Positions 24,799-32,538 of a DNA stretch of 47,447 nt are shown one piece after another. The position numbers were made by a program, and so were the translations under genes. The DNA comes from Lishizhenia sp. (lineage in GTDB: Bacteria; Bacteroidota; Bacteroidia; Flavobacteriales_D; Crocinitomicaceae), in assembly GCA_007117055.1 (NCBI GenBank), contig SKHH01000038.1, positions 1-47,447 on the forward strand, given 5' to 3'. Every line of letters begins with the position of its first letter. The stretch's first letter is position 1. The notes beneath the pieces were generated by a model that was not told the origin of the DNA, did not search any database, and saw nothing but the letters and a program-made list of their open reading frames with translations.

Positions 24799-25245
24799 TT
24801 ACTTAATTTTTGAGAATTGGTGAATAAGCTCGTTCTTTTGATGTACAAGTGTTTTTTCTATCAACTTATATCTTACATTTTTTCTTAAATAAAAGAAACG
24901 AGTTAATTCCGAATATTCACATTTTTTTTCGTGATAGTTTGAAAACTCAGTTGTGTCTGTTACTTGAATTACAACTTGACCTTCTTCTATGCTTACAATA
25001 AACCTTGGATTTATTTCTTCTGGTTCACCAAAAAATGGAGTAATATGAACGAATTTTTGACCATATTTCTCAATTTCCTTGATTTTTTGGGCATAAATAT
25101 TGTTTACTGAACCACCCAATCCACCACCGTAAGAAATTTTGATTTTAGTGGCAGGAAAAGAATATACTGATAGGTTTTTTGAAGGAATAAAAGGTAGACC
25201 TATTTCAATTGCTCTTTCTGGTTCCGTGTACTTTATTTGTGACAT
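24799..25245 (-). CDS. hypothetical protein
   Basis: ORF track. Motif near 25266 upstream. Confidence 0.65.
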   Translation of the reverse strand: MSQIKYTEPERAIEIGLPFIPSKNLSVYSFPATKIKISYGGGLGGSVNNIYAQKIKEIEKYGQKFVHITPFFGEPEEINPRFIVSIEEGQVVIQVTDTTEFSNYHEKKCEYSELTRFFYLRKNVRYKLIEKTLVHQKNELIHQFSKIK

Positions 25246-25295
25246 AATCTTGTTGTTGTGTGAAAAATGAGTTCCAAGGGAGAGTTTGGTGGTTT

Positions 25296-25940
25296 TTATA
25301 TGCCTAAAATTTCTAAAACCTTTATTTCTTCATCCTTTGAAGGTGGTCGAAATCCAGATAGGTGCATAGTTAAATGGCATTCAGTGTCATCATCGAAATC
25401 ATCGCTAATCACATTCGCATCTAAATCGTATGCACGAAAAAAATGTTGTTTCTTTGTTTCGCAATAATCTTGAATTACTACCGCAGGGTTTTTCGACAAA
25501 TCGTGGTAAATACAATACTTATCAAATGTATCTTGAACAATTTTAGTCGTCTTTTTAACAAGTTCAGCGGTAAATTCTTTGTAATCAACTTCACAAACAA
25601 TGTGACAAGTAGACTGCAATAATCCATAAGTTGACACAACTTTTACGCCAATTTCTTGCAATTGGTCTGATGGATGTTTTGTCTGAGAAATAGCGTCTGG
25701 ACGAATGTTGTCCATCAATAAATCAAGACACAACTGAACAGAACCCTCTGTGGGAGTATATTTCAATTTTGTTGCATTGATAGGAACTTTTGACCCATTG
25801 GTGAACATTGGTGGAATGGGTGTATCTACACCACGATTCATCATTTCTCGCAACACCACATCGCAACAAGAGTTTGGGAAATCAATGTCAATACGAAATG
25901 AAATTGTAGATACTGATGCAGTATGTTTATTGTTCTTCAT
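25296..25940 (-). CDS. hypothetical protein (start corrected)
   Basis: Track start 26048 reads through the motif near 25947. ATG MKNNKHTASV at 25940. Confidence 0.7.
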   Translation of the reverse strand: MKNNKHTASVSTISFRIDIDFPNSCCDVVLREMMNRGVDTPIPPMFTNGSKVPINATKLKYTPTEGSVQLCLDLLMDNIRPDAISQTKHPSDQLQEIGVKVVSTYGLLQSTCHIVCEVDYKEFTAELVKKTTKIVQDTFDKYCIYHDLSKNPAVVIQDYCETKKQHFFRAYDLDANVISDDFDDDTECHLTMHLSGFRPPSKDEEIKVLEILGI

Positions 25941-25983
25941 ATTTTCAATGAGTTCAAAGGGAGAGTTTGGTGGTTTTTGCTCA

Positions 25984-26196
25984 TTATTTTTTTGAAGCCA
26001 AACGAACGTGTGCTTTTGGAATCCAGAACGTTCCATAATTATCACCATTTACCAGATAGCTGTAATGTGTTTTATCTACGCAAGAACCAGTGTAAACGGT
26101 ATTCCATTCATCCTCTGTAAACTCTATAGTAGGACGTATGCAGAATCCACCTTCTACTTTATACGGCTTCGTAAAATCTTGTATTTGCATATACAC
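25984..26196 (-). CDS. hypothetical protein
   Basis: ORF track. No motif upstream. Confidence 0.6.
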   Translation of the reverse strand: MYMQIQDFTKPYKVEGGFCIRPTIEFTEDEWNTVYTGSCVDKTHYSYLVNGDNYGTFWIPKAHVRLASKK

Positions 26197-26233
26197 TTAT
26201 ACGAAATGATAGAGATTTAGTTTCACTAGTTCC

Positions 26234-26482
26234 TTATGAATCAGCAAACTCATAAAGTTCTGAGTTTTTAAATGAACCCATGAATACATTGAAGTTTTCA
26301 AAATCTTTTTCAGTAGCCAAACGGTGGTTTTTCGGCAAATTTACCGACCCAGAAGTATTGGAGAAAGTTGACCCCTTCAGAATGCTTGCATGAAGTATGC
26401 TAAGAGAGTTTGGAGTTTCGGGTTGAATGTATCCCAATGTATTCTCATTGGCAACTACTAATTTTATTCTTTGCTGTTCCAT
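26234..26482 (-). CDS. hypothetical protein (start corrected)
   Basis: ATG MEQQRIKLVV at 26482. Motif near 26488. Confidence 0.65.
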   Translation of the reverse strand: MEQQRIKLVVANENTLGYIQPETPNSLSILHASILKGSTFSNTSGSVNLPKNHRLATEKDFENFNVFMGSFKNSELYEFADS

Positions 26483-26587
26483 GTCTTCAATGAGTTTCAA
26501 GAAGAGGTTTGGTGGATTTAAAAAAGAAAGAAATAAAGTAAATCTTTGCCCTATTCACAGTGCATTTTCGCTATTTACCCTTTTCTT

Positions 26588-26986
26588 TTAAACGTTACAC
26601 AAGCCTCGAATGTTCATCATGAGCAAATTTACATTTTGCATTTGCTCATTTGTCATGTAGTTATTCGGGCCTCCACTATAATCTTTCATGTGAGAAATTG
26701 TACGATATAAAAAGTTGAGTTTTCTCTCAGAGAAACATGAATCATTTATTGTAATGTAAAGCCCAATTCCATTTTCAAACATACCCATCAAGTGAGCATC
26801 TCCAGAAACTGCAATTCCTCCAGGATTGAAACTTACTTTACATTCTGTAAATGGAAGTTCTTTTTTGAGAGCGCGTAAAAACGCCATAGAAATTTGTTGG
26901 AATTTTTGCTGAAGTTCATGATTATAGCCTAGCTCCTTGCCATTGGCATTCATGAAATTGTATAATTGTGCTAATTTCTTTTCCAT
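26588..26986 (-). CDS. hypothetical protein
   Basis: ORF track. Motif 26993..27026 upstream. Confidence 0.7.
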   Translation of the reverse strand: MEKKLAQLYNFMNANGKELGYNHELQQKFQQISMAFLRALKKELPFTECKVSFNPGGIAVSGDAHLMGMFENGIGLYITINDSCFSERKLNFLYRTISHMKDYSGGPNNYMTNEQMQNVNLLMMNIRGLCNV

Positions 26987-27022
26987 GTCTATAATGAGTA
27001 AATGAATTATGTTCAGTGGGTT

Positions 27023-27148
27023 TTAGTGGAGATTATTTCTCAAATCTTTTAGTCGCTTCCATAATGCAGCTCTTTGAGCTGATTTATTAGGACTTTTAAG
27101 TACTGAAGAAATTACTCTGTCTATTTTTTCTTTCCTTTTCTGCTCCAT
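27023..27148 (-). CDS. 41-aa basic micro-protein (not in ORF track)
   Basis: Hand translation MEQKRKEKIDRVISSVLKSPNKSAQRAALWKRLKDLRNNLH*. Variant motif 27154..27188 upstream. Stop inside motif 26993..27026. Confidence 0.45.
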   Translation of the reverse strand: MEQKRKEKIDRVISSVLKSPNKSAQRAALWKRLKDLRNNLH

Positions 27149-27153
27149 ATCTT

Positions 27154-27188
27154 CAATGAGTTTCAAAGAGAGGTTTACTGGGTTTTAA
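27154..27188 (-). promoter_or_regulatory. intergenic motif copy, variant class
   Basis: caatgagtttcaaagagaggtttactgggttttaag. Confidence 0.55.
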
Positions 27189-27340
27189 GATAAAAAAATC
27201 ACACTTCCTTGTTTTCGTCTCTTAAATAATTTCCTCCTACACAGTAGGGGGTGTGGGGTTATACAAAGACAGTGCTACACACGTGCCTTTAACAGCCGCC
27301 AAAAGCAACTCCGCTGTGATACGCTGTGTTTGGCTTGGTA

Positions 27341-27544
27341 TTATGCCCCATAATCGGAAAGCGTAGTATCATAGTCATTCATACACGCATAAAGTAATTC
27401 AAACTCCTCAGGGTCTTCATCAGTTTTACCTGTTTCAAGGTACTCAATAGCAACATTGTGTTCAAGTGTGCTTTGTCCTCTTGCTTCAAAATGTCCTCTC
27501 TCAACTTTCAAAGCATCAATTAATTTTTGTTTTCTTTCATCCAT
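27341..27544 (-). CDS. hypothetical acidic protein
   Basis: ORF track. Alternative upstream element acggtgcatataacg at 27558..27572. Confidence 0.6.
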   Translation of the reverse strand: MDERKQKLIDALKVERGHFEARGQSTLEHNVAIEYLETGKTDEDPEEFELLYACMNDYDTTLSDYGA

Positions 27545-27701
27545 TTTTTTAAAAACTACGGTGCATATAACGTTATAAAATCAATCGGTGTTGCAGTGTC
27601 TTTTTTGCCGCTTCAGCTGTCTAAGTTAGTTTGTATCTATTGGGAAATTGTTTGCCGCTCATTCCCCGCAAGCTTTTATAATCGGTATGTTGTGGTGAAT
27701 A

Positions 27702-27908
27702 CTAATCCCACGCATCAACAATTATACAAGTCCTTTCAGGTAGTTCGTTAAGTACAGTTTGTAGTCGCTCTCTTTGTTCATCTTCATCAAGCGCATTCCA
27801 CTCTTCCATTGTTTCACATTCAAGTTCTTCAAGCGTGATATTTTCATTCCCACTTGTTACATTTACATCCCATCTAACATTAATGGTTTCTTTTGTATTT
27901 TTTTCCAT
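27702..27908 (-). CDS. hypothetical acidic protein
   Basis: ORF track. AGTACTACAC at 27929..27938, 20 nt upstream. Confidence 0.6.
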   Translation of the reverse strand: MEKNTKETINVRWDVNVTSGNENITLEELECETMEEWNALDEDEQRERLQTVLNELPERTCIIVDAWD

Positions 27909-27976
27909 TTTTATTTGGATTTTTGAGAAGTACTACACCTAACAAGGTGTTGCCAATTTACGCCACAGCAATCAAT

Positions 27977-28216
27977 TTACTTAGTCCAATTAATATCGCT
28001 TTTAATCATCCTAAGTACAGCAGGAAAAAGGTGTTGTAGGTCATTGCTACTCATACCGTTCTTTTCTGCTACCGTAGCCATTGCGTGTGCAAGTGCTGCT
28101 TCATCTTTCTCATTTTCTTGGAATAGCCAGTTTTTAACCATCCAGTGTGTAGGATATACTTTTTGTACACCTTTTTCGTATTCAAATCTTAATACATTTT
28201 CCATAATCGTTGACAT
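27977..28216 (-). CDS. hypothetical protein
   Basis: ORF track. Confidence 0.6.
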   Translation of the reverse strand: MSTIMENVLRFEYEKGVQKVYPTHWMVKNWLFQENEKDEAALAHAMATVAEKNGMSSNDLQHLFPAVLRMIKSDINWTK

Positions 28217-28608
28217 TTAAAGATACCTAACATTGTATATAACAAAATGGGGTATCGTTCCAAATTGCCACATTAGTAATTTTAATTTAGCTGATTATAG
28301 CTCGATGGGTCAGCATCATTTATTCTCACCTTACCATGTGCTTTACCGCTATAAAAAAAGTGGTGGCTGGTGTTCTTCTTTAACGAAACTTACCTTTCCA
28401 ACTTCAAAGAGTTTATAGGCTTTCAGTGAGTTTCTAACCACCAACCTTTCCACCACTAATTTATGTTGTTCAATGTCTTTAATGAGTATCAGTAATAGGT
28501 TTGATGGGTTTTAAGATAAAAAAAATCAAACTTCCTTTGTTTTGTAAAGTGTTTAATTTTAAAGTTTGTGGTCAGGCGTACAACACACACACCACCATCC
28601 GTTGTGTG

Positions 28609-28776
28609 TCACTTATCTTTAATCGTACATTTAATTTGTCCGTTTTCTTCTCGAATATTTATATTACTTATGTGTATATTATTTTTCAAAATACCTTTGT
28701 TTTGTAAATGACAAATTAAAATGTGAGTTATTTCACTTTGAGTTAACTCTATTGTTTGTTCAGTTGTTATTTCCAT
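28609..28776 (-). CDS. hypothetical 55-aa protein (not in ORF track)
   Basis: Hand translation MEITTEQTIELTQSEITHILICHLQNKGILKNNIHISNINIREENGQIKCTIKDK*. The plus ORF 28501..28707 is its shadow. Confidence 0.5.
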   Translation of the reverse strand: MEITTEQTIELTQSEITHILICHLQNKGILKNNIHISNINIREENGQIKCTIKDK

Positions 28777-28810
28777 TTTATTAAGATTTTTGTAAACAAC
28801 GTGCCATAAA

Positions 28811-28906
28811 AGTAGTGGGGCTGTAAACGACTTTAACGTTTGGTTCTGGTCTTATTGATATTGCCTGAATGCATCAGTTTGATTTTCACTAAAATGCCCC
28901 ACTACT
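28811..28906 (-). other. ORF-free structured leader closed by a perfect 11-bp helix
   Basis: agtagtggggc (28811..28821) pairs with gccccactact (28896..28906). 74-nt interior with aaacg/cgttt and ctga/tcag hairpins. Confidence 0.4.
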
Positions 28907-29010
28907 CATATGCTTTGTTTTTGGATATAATAAATTACAGAAGTATTAAAGTTAGTGTTTCACAGAAATTACTCTGTCTATTTTTTCTTTCCTTTTCTGC
29001 TCCATGTCTT

Positions 29011-29046
29011 CAATGAGTTTCAGCAATAGGTTTGATGGGTTTAAAG
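29011..29046 (-). promoter_or_regulatory. intergenic motif copy, variant class
   Basis: caatgagtttcagcaataggtttgatgggtttaaag. Start of a repeat of about 145 bp shared with 10940..11085. Confidence 0.55.
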
Positions 29047-29164
29047 ATAAAAAAAAATTCACACATCTATGAAAATGTATGACTTTTGTTCGCAAATACT
29101 GTATAAACCCATATTGTGTCTATTGACTTTACTGGTATTACAGACATATAATAGTTATGTGCCA

Positions 29165-29371
29165 TTATGTCTTAATGGCATCACCATTCATTTTTACAAA
29201 ATCAAGTTGTAATCCATCTCTGAACCTAATTAAGTAACCTGCTCGCCAATCAAGACCTCTACTTTCAATTTGGCTATCAATGTATTCTTCAATTTCTTTC
29301 TTTGTTGCAAATTGTCTAAATACTTTACCTTCTTTAGTTATTGCTTTATGTCTATAAATTCGTTTCATCAT
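29165..29371 (-). CDS. hypothetical protein (start corrected)
   Basis: ATG MMKRIYRHKA at 29371. Flanked by the perfect 10-bp inverted repeat GTTATGTGCC/GGCACATAAC. Confidence 0.55.
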   Translation of the reverse strand: MMKRIYRHKAITKEGKVFRQFATKKEIEEYIDSQIESRGLDWRAGYLIRFRDGLQLDFVKMNGDAIKT

Positions 29372-29476
29372 TCTAAAATTAACGGCACATAACAAGGTAT
29401 ATATGTTATACGCCAATGAAGTGTTGTACTTAATTTCAAAGTTTACGGTTAGGCGTACAACACATATACCCGACCG

Positions 29477-29722
29477 TTAGCTGTAATTATAAAACCTACT
29501 TTCAAGCAATCTTTCCCATTCAGGTTTAGCCATTTCAGTTTCATATATTTCTTTCAGCATTTCATTTGTTATTTTCAAAGTAGGTTCTTTAAGTCTATAA
29601 TGAACCCGAATTTTTTCTCGTTGCGAATAACCAAGTTTTTTCATAAACCAATAACTACAGTTAACAACAGGTATGGTTAATGCCTGTTCTGTGCTATTTT
29701 CTAAGTTTTGTTTTTTTTTCAT
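29477..29722 (-). CDS. hypothetical protein
   Basis: ORF track. Confidence 0.6.
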   Translation of the reverse strand: MKKKQNLENSTEQALTIPVVNCSYWFMKKLGYSQREKIRVHYRLKEPTLKITNEMLKEIYETEMAKPEWERLLESRFYNYS

Positions 29723-29783
29723 CTGTATTTATATTTTGAAAGTTTTGTGATTCTAATCAGGCACTAACCATACCTGCGGAACG

Positions 29784-30029
29784 TTATGCTCCATTTACAT
29801 ACCTACATACAAATATCTTTAGTTTTCTTATTTCTAAATGAAACGTCCAGATACATTCTATTTCTCTCCAGCTCCAATATTGCTTTTTCTTTCTCCAATT
29901 ATCGAAAACTAAACCAGTATATCCATCATACTCTTTTTGCCAATAAATTTTACCAGAAAAACGGAGCATAACAATGTGTAAAATCCATTGCTTATACTCC
30001 TTATATTGTTTTGTCGTAATTCGTATCAT
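29784..30029 (-). CDS. hypothetical protein (start uncertain)
   Basis: ORF track. An internal ATG at 29969 lies inside the GGAGCATAAC element. C-terminus ..NGA* is shared with 30088..30330. Confidence 0.45.
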   Translation of the reverse strand: MIRITTKQYKEYKQWILHIVMLRFSGKIYWQKEYDGYTGLVFDNWRKKKQYWSWREIECIWTFHLEIRKLKIFVCRYVNGA

Positions 30030-30087
30030 AGTGCTTTTAATTTAATTAGTGGTTAATTGATAAACGCAACGTATCTTACACTCATCG

Positions 30088-30330
30088 TTATGCACCATTA
30101 GACCTCATCTCTTCAGCATACTTTATCAACTCTTTGCCAATAATTTCAGCTTCTTCACAACTCATATAAAGCATAAAGCTTTTTTTGTTGTCTTCTTCTA
30201 TGCTGTGCATTACCAACCCTGTTTTTTCAGGATTTGGTTCGATTATTACAGACTGCTCTGCATCTGCTGTAAATATCTTAATTTGTTTCCAGCTCATTTT
30301 TTTTAGTTTTAAATTAACGGTGCTTTTCAT
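30088..30330 (-). CDS. hypothetical protein (alternative start 30297)
   Basis: ORF track. The second ATG (MSWKQIKIF, 30297) sits 16 nt after the GCACCGTTAA element. Confidence 0.55.
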   Translation of the reverse strand: MKSTVNLKLKKMSWKQIKIFTADAEQSVIIEPNPEKTGLVMHSIEEDNKKSFMLYMSCEEAEIIGKELIKYAEEMRSNGA

Positions 30331-30332
30331 TC

Positions 30333-30354
30333 TATCCCGCCATTATCCCGCCAT
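30333..30354. repeat. perfect 11-nt tandem repeat (2 copies)
   Basis: tatcccgccat occurs at 30333..30343 and 30344..30354. Confidence 0.9.
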
Positions 30355-30419
30355 TTTGGAGAGTTAGCAAGTTTGTGGTAGGCGCACTAACTATATACCT
30401 ACCGCTAGGTACAATAAAA

Positions 30420-30611
30420 CTATTTCAATCGCTTAATCACCTTATTGGTCATTTCACCAAATTGTTTACTTTCTTTTTCTGCTTTTTCTCTCATTTCAGC
30501 TTGCACATCTTTTGGAAGTCTATCACCAAAATGTCCAAGAAGTTCGTAAATTAAAGTACTTCTATTTCTACTCACTTCTGCATCAATCAATGCTTTAATT
30601 TCTTGAATCAT
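30420..30611 (-). CDS. hypothetical protein
   Basis: ORF track. Its ATG overlaps the TGA of a 20-codon upstream ORF (30608..30670). Confidence 0.6.
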   Translation of the reverse strand: MIQEIKALIDAEVSRNRSTLIYELLGHFGDRLPKDVQAEMREKAEKESKQFGEMTNKVIKRLK

Positions 30612-30675
30612 AACTTTATTCTTTGATTTGTACTACTTGTTTCTGTGGTGTCTAATCCAGTACAAGCCATATTTC

Positions 30676-30710
30676 CAATGAGTTTCAGGGAGAGGTTTGG
30701 TGGGTTTTAA
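30676..30710 (-). promoter_or_regulatory. intergenic motif copy
   Basis: caatgagtttcagggagaggtttggtgggttttaa. Confidence 0.65.
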
Positions 30711-31297
30711 ACTAACCTTTTTTGCAAGTGTTCAATCGCTTTCTTAATATATTCCTGCTCCAAATCATGCAATGCAATGGATATTCCACTTCCAAAATTA
30801 ACGGTAGCATTTTCTGCATTACAGAATTCATCGTTTAAATAAAAAGGGATTTGATATTGAATAGCTTCCGCTATATGTGGTGGCTCTATGGTTGAACTTC
30901 CATCCAATTGAGAAATCACCTTAGCAACTTCAATAGTCTTATCATTTTGCTCAATAGAAAATGTAAGCCTATTAGCTGCCGTCTGCAATAAAACATTACA
31001 AGCATCATTTTTAAATTGCTCAGGCTTTTTGTTTTTTCGAGCTGCTTCTACACGTTGGTGTATTTTTTCAATATCTTCATATCGTATGCCATCATTAAGT
31101 TGAGGCTTATCAATCTCAACCAACAAATCACCTTTGTGAGAAAATTTTACTTTTTGATAAAATTCTTTAATGACCTTGTAATCTTCAAATCCAGAAGTGT
31201 AATCTTTTTTGAATACAATTTGTAAAGAAAAATCTCCCAGCAAGGCAATTTCATATGCTCTAGCTAAATTCACAAAATGACCTACAATGTTTTTCAT
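30707..31297 (-). CDS. ComM/YifB (Mg-chelatase-like) remnant lacking the AAA+ core (start corrected)
   Basis: ATG MKNIVGHF at 31297. GHFVNLARAYEIALLGDFSLQIVF resembles the G-Q-x-x-KRAlEIAaaGgHNlLl segment. IEVAKVISQLDGSSTIEPPHIAEAIQYQ resembles the ComM C-terminal kVArTIADLdGs..I...HiaEAiqYR. No Walker A motif seen. Confidence 0.6.
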   Translation of the reverse strand: MKNIVGHFVNLARAYEIALLGDFSLQIVFKKDYTSGFEDYKVIKEFYQKVKFSHKGDLLVEIDKPQLNDGIRYEDIEKIHQRVEAARKNKKPEQFKNDACNVLLQTAANRLTFSIEQNDKTIEVAKVISQLDGSSTIEPPHIAEAIQYQIPFYLNDEFCNAENATVNFGSGISIALHDLEQEYIKKAIEHLQKRLV

Positions 31298-31346
31298 GTT
31301 TTCTGTTGTTTCCTTCAATGAGTTATTAGGGAGAGTTTGGTGGATT

Positions 31347-31646
31347 TTACGCAACAATTTTACAGATTGGAATACGTATTATTCCATTTGTTGCAAATCG
31401 AACAGGTGCGCTAATCACATTTGCCGCAACCAACGCCATTAAAACGCCTTTATTTTCAGCGTAATCTTTGATAGCAACTTCATCTTCTGACATTTCAATC
31501 TCAGGAATGTTTACAGATGCCATTGCCATTGGTTCACCCGTTTCTTTAACAGTGAGTTGTATTGCTTTTCTTTTGTTGCGATAAGCAAAGATTTTCACAA
31601 CACACTCTTCGTCTGAAAAAATAACTGTTTTTAATTGCTTGCTCAT
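31347..31646 (-). CDS. hypothetical protein (start corrected)
   Basis: ATG MSKQLKTVIF at 31646. Motif near 31665. Confidence 0.65.
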   Translation of the reverse strand: MSKQLKTVIFSDEECVVKIFAYRNKRKAIQLTVKETGEPMAMASVNIPEIEMSEDEVAIKDYAENKGVLMALVAANVISAPVRFATNGIIRIPICKIVA

Positions 31647-31695
31647 ATTTCCTGCTGTTTCCTTCAATGAGTTATTAGGGAGAGTTTGGTGAATT

Positions 31696-32127
31696 TTACT
31701 TGCGTTTATGATAAACGTGTTTGCCGTTTAAATAAACCCACACACCTTTCTTTTGCGTTAAAGGAACAATTAACGACGAATTGCCTGTGTTAATACAAAA
31801 TCCATTATCATCCCAAACTTTTTCCACAAAACCCTCCATTTCGCTGTATGCACAAACGCCAAATCCTAAATGATTTCTATTCTTAGAACTCATTCGTACA
31901 ATATCTCCTTCTTTCATGTTGGGTTGACTTATTTCACGAAACCATTTAAAGGCATATATACCTATAACAGCTATGATAAAAGCGCCAAATTCACTAGCAA
32001 GTTTCATCTTCTCCTGAGTTGCCTCTATCGGACTTGCATCTTTGTAAACCTGAAAGACAACAATACCCAAAAACAATAAAGACAAAACACTACATAGAAT
32101 CAAGTAAAAGATTGCGAAGATTTTCAT
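31696..32127 (-). CDS. membrane protein (2 N-terminal TM segments)
   Basis: IFAIFYLILCSVLSLLFLGIVVF and FGAFIIAVIGIYAF. Motif near 32152. Confidence 0.7.
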   Translation of the reverse strand: MKIFAIFYLILCSVLSLLFLGIVVFQVYKDASPIEATQEKMKLASEFGAFIIAVIGIYAFKWFREISQPNMKEGDIVRMSSKNRNHLGFGVCAYSEMEGFVEKVWDDNGFCINTGNSSLIVPLTQKKGVWVYLNGKHVYHKRK

Positions 32128-32180
32128 TTGCTTTTTTATTGTGTTTTCTTTAATGAGTTCAAAAATAAGTTTGGTGGATT

Positions 32181-32420
32181 TTATTCTTCTTTTATTTCTT
32201 TGGATAATCTATATTCCACTCGATAAAGGTCGCTTACATCATCACTCTGTAGTGACCCTTCACTCATTTCAATAAAGTGAACACCCATTAAACTGACTGT
32301 CAAATATCCATAAACACCATGACGTTTAGTGTAAATAGGTTCTTTGTATTCAATCTCTTCCAAAGGATTATTCAAATCAAACAATATGCACTTAAACTGA
32401 GAGGTGTTATTATTTTCCAT
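32181..32420 (-). CDS. hypothetical protein (start corrected)
   Basis: ATG MENNNTSQFK at 32420. Motif near 32446. Confidence 0.6.
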   Translation of the reverse strand: MENNNTSQFKCILFDLNNPLEEIEYKEPIYTKRHGVYGYLTVSLMGVHFIEMSEGSLQSDDVSDLYRVEYRLSKEIKEE

Positions 32421-32485
32421 TTTGGAATTTGTGTATAGATATATCCAATGAGTTTCAGGGAGAGGTTTGGTGAGTTTAAATATAC

Positions 32486-32513
32486 AAAAAAAACCCCTCA
32501 TTTCTGAGGGGTT
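32486..32513 (-). terminator. rho-independent terminator (bidirectional shape)
   Basis: 9-bp hairpin aacccctca-tttc-tgaggggtt with an A8 run before and a T6 run after. Confidence 0.75.
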
Positions 32514-32538
32514 TTTTCATGTTAAAGCAAATGGCTTA

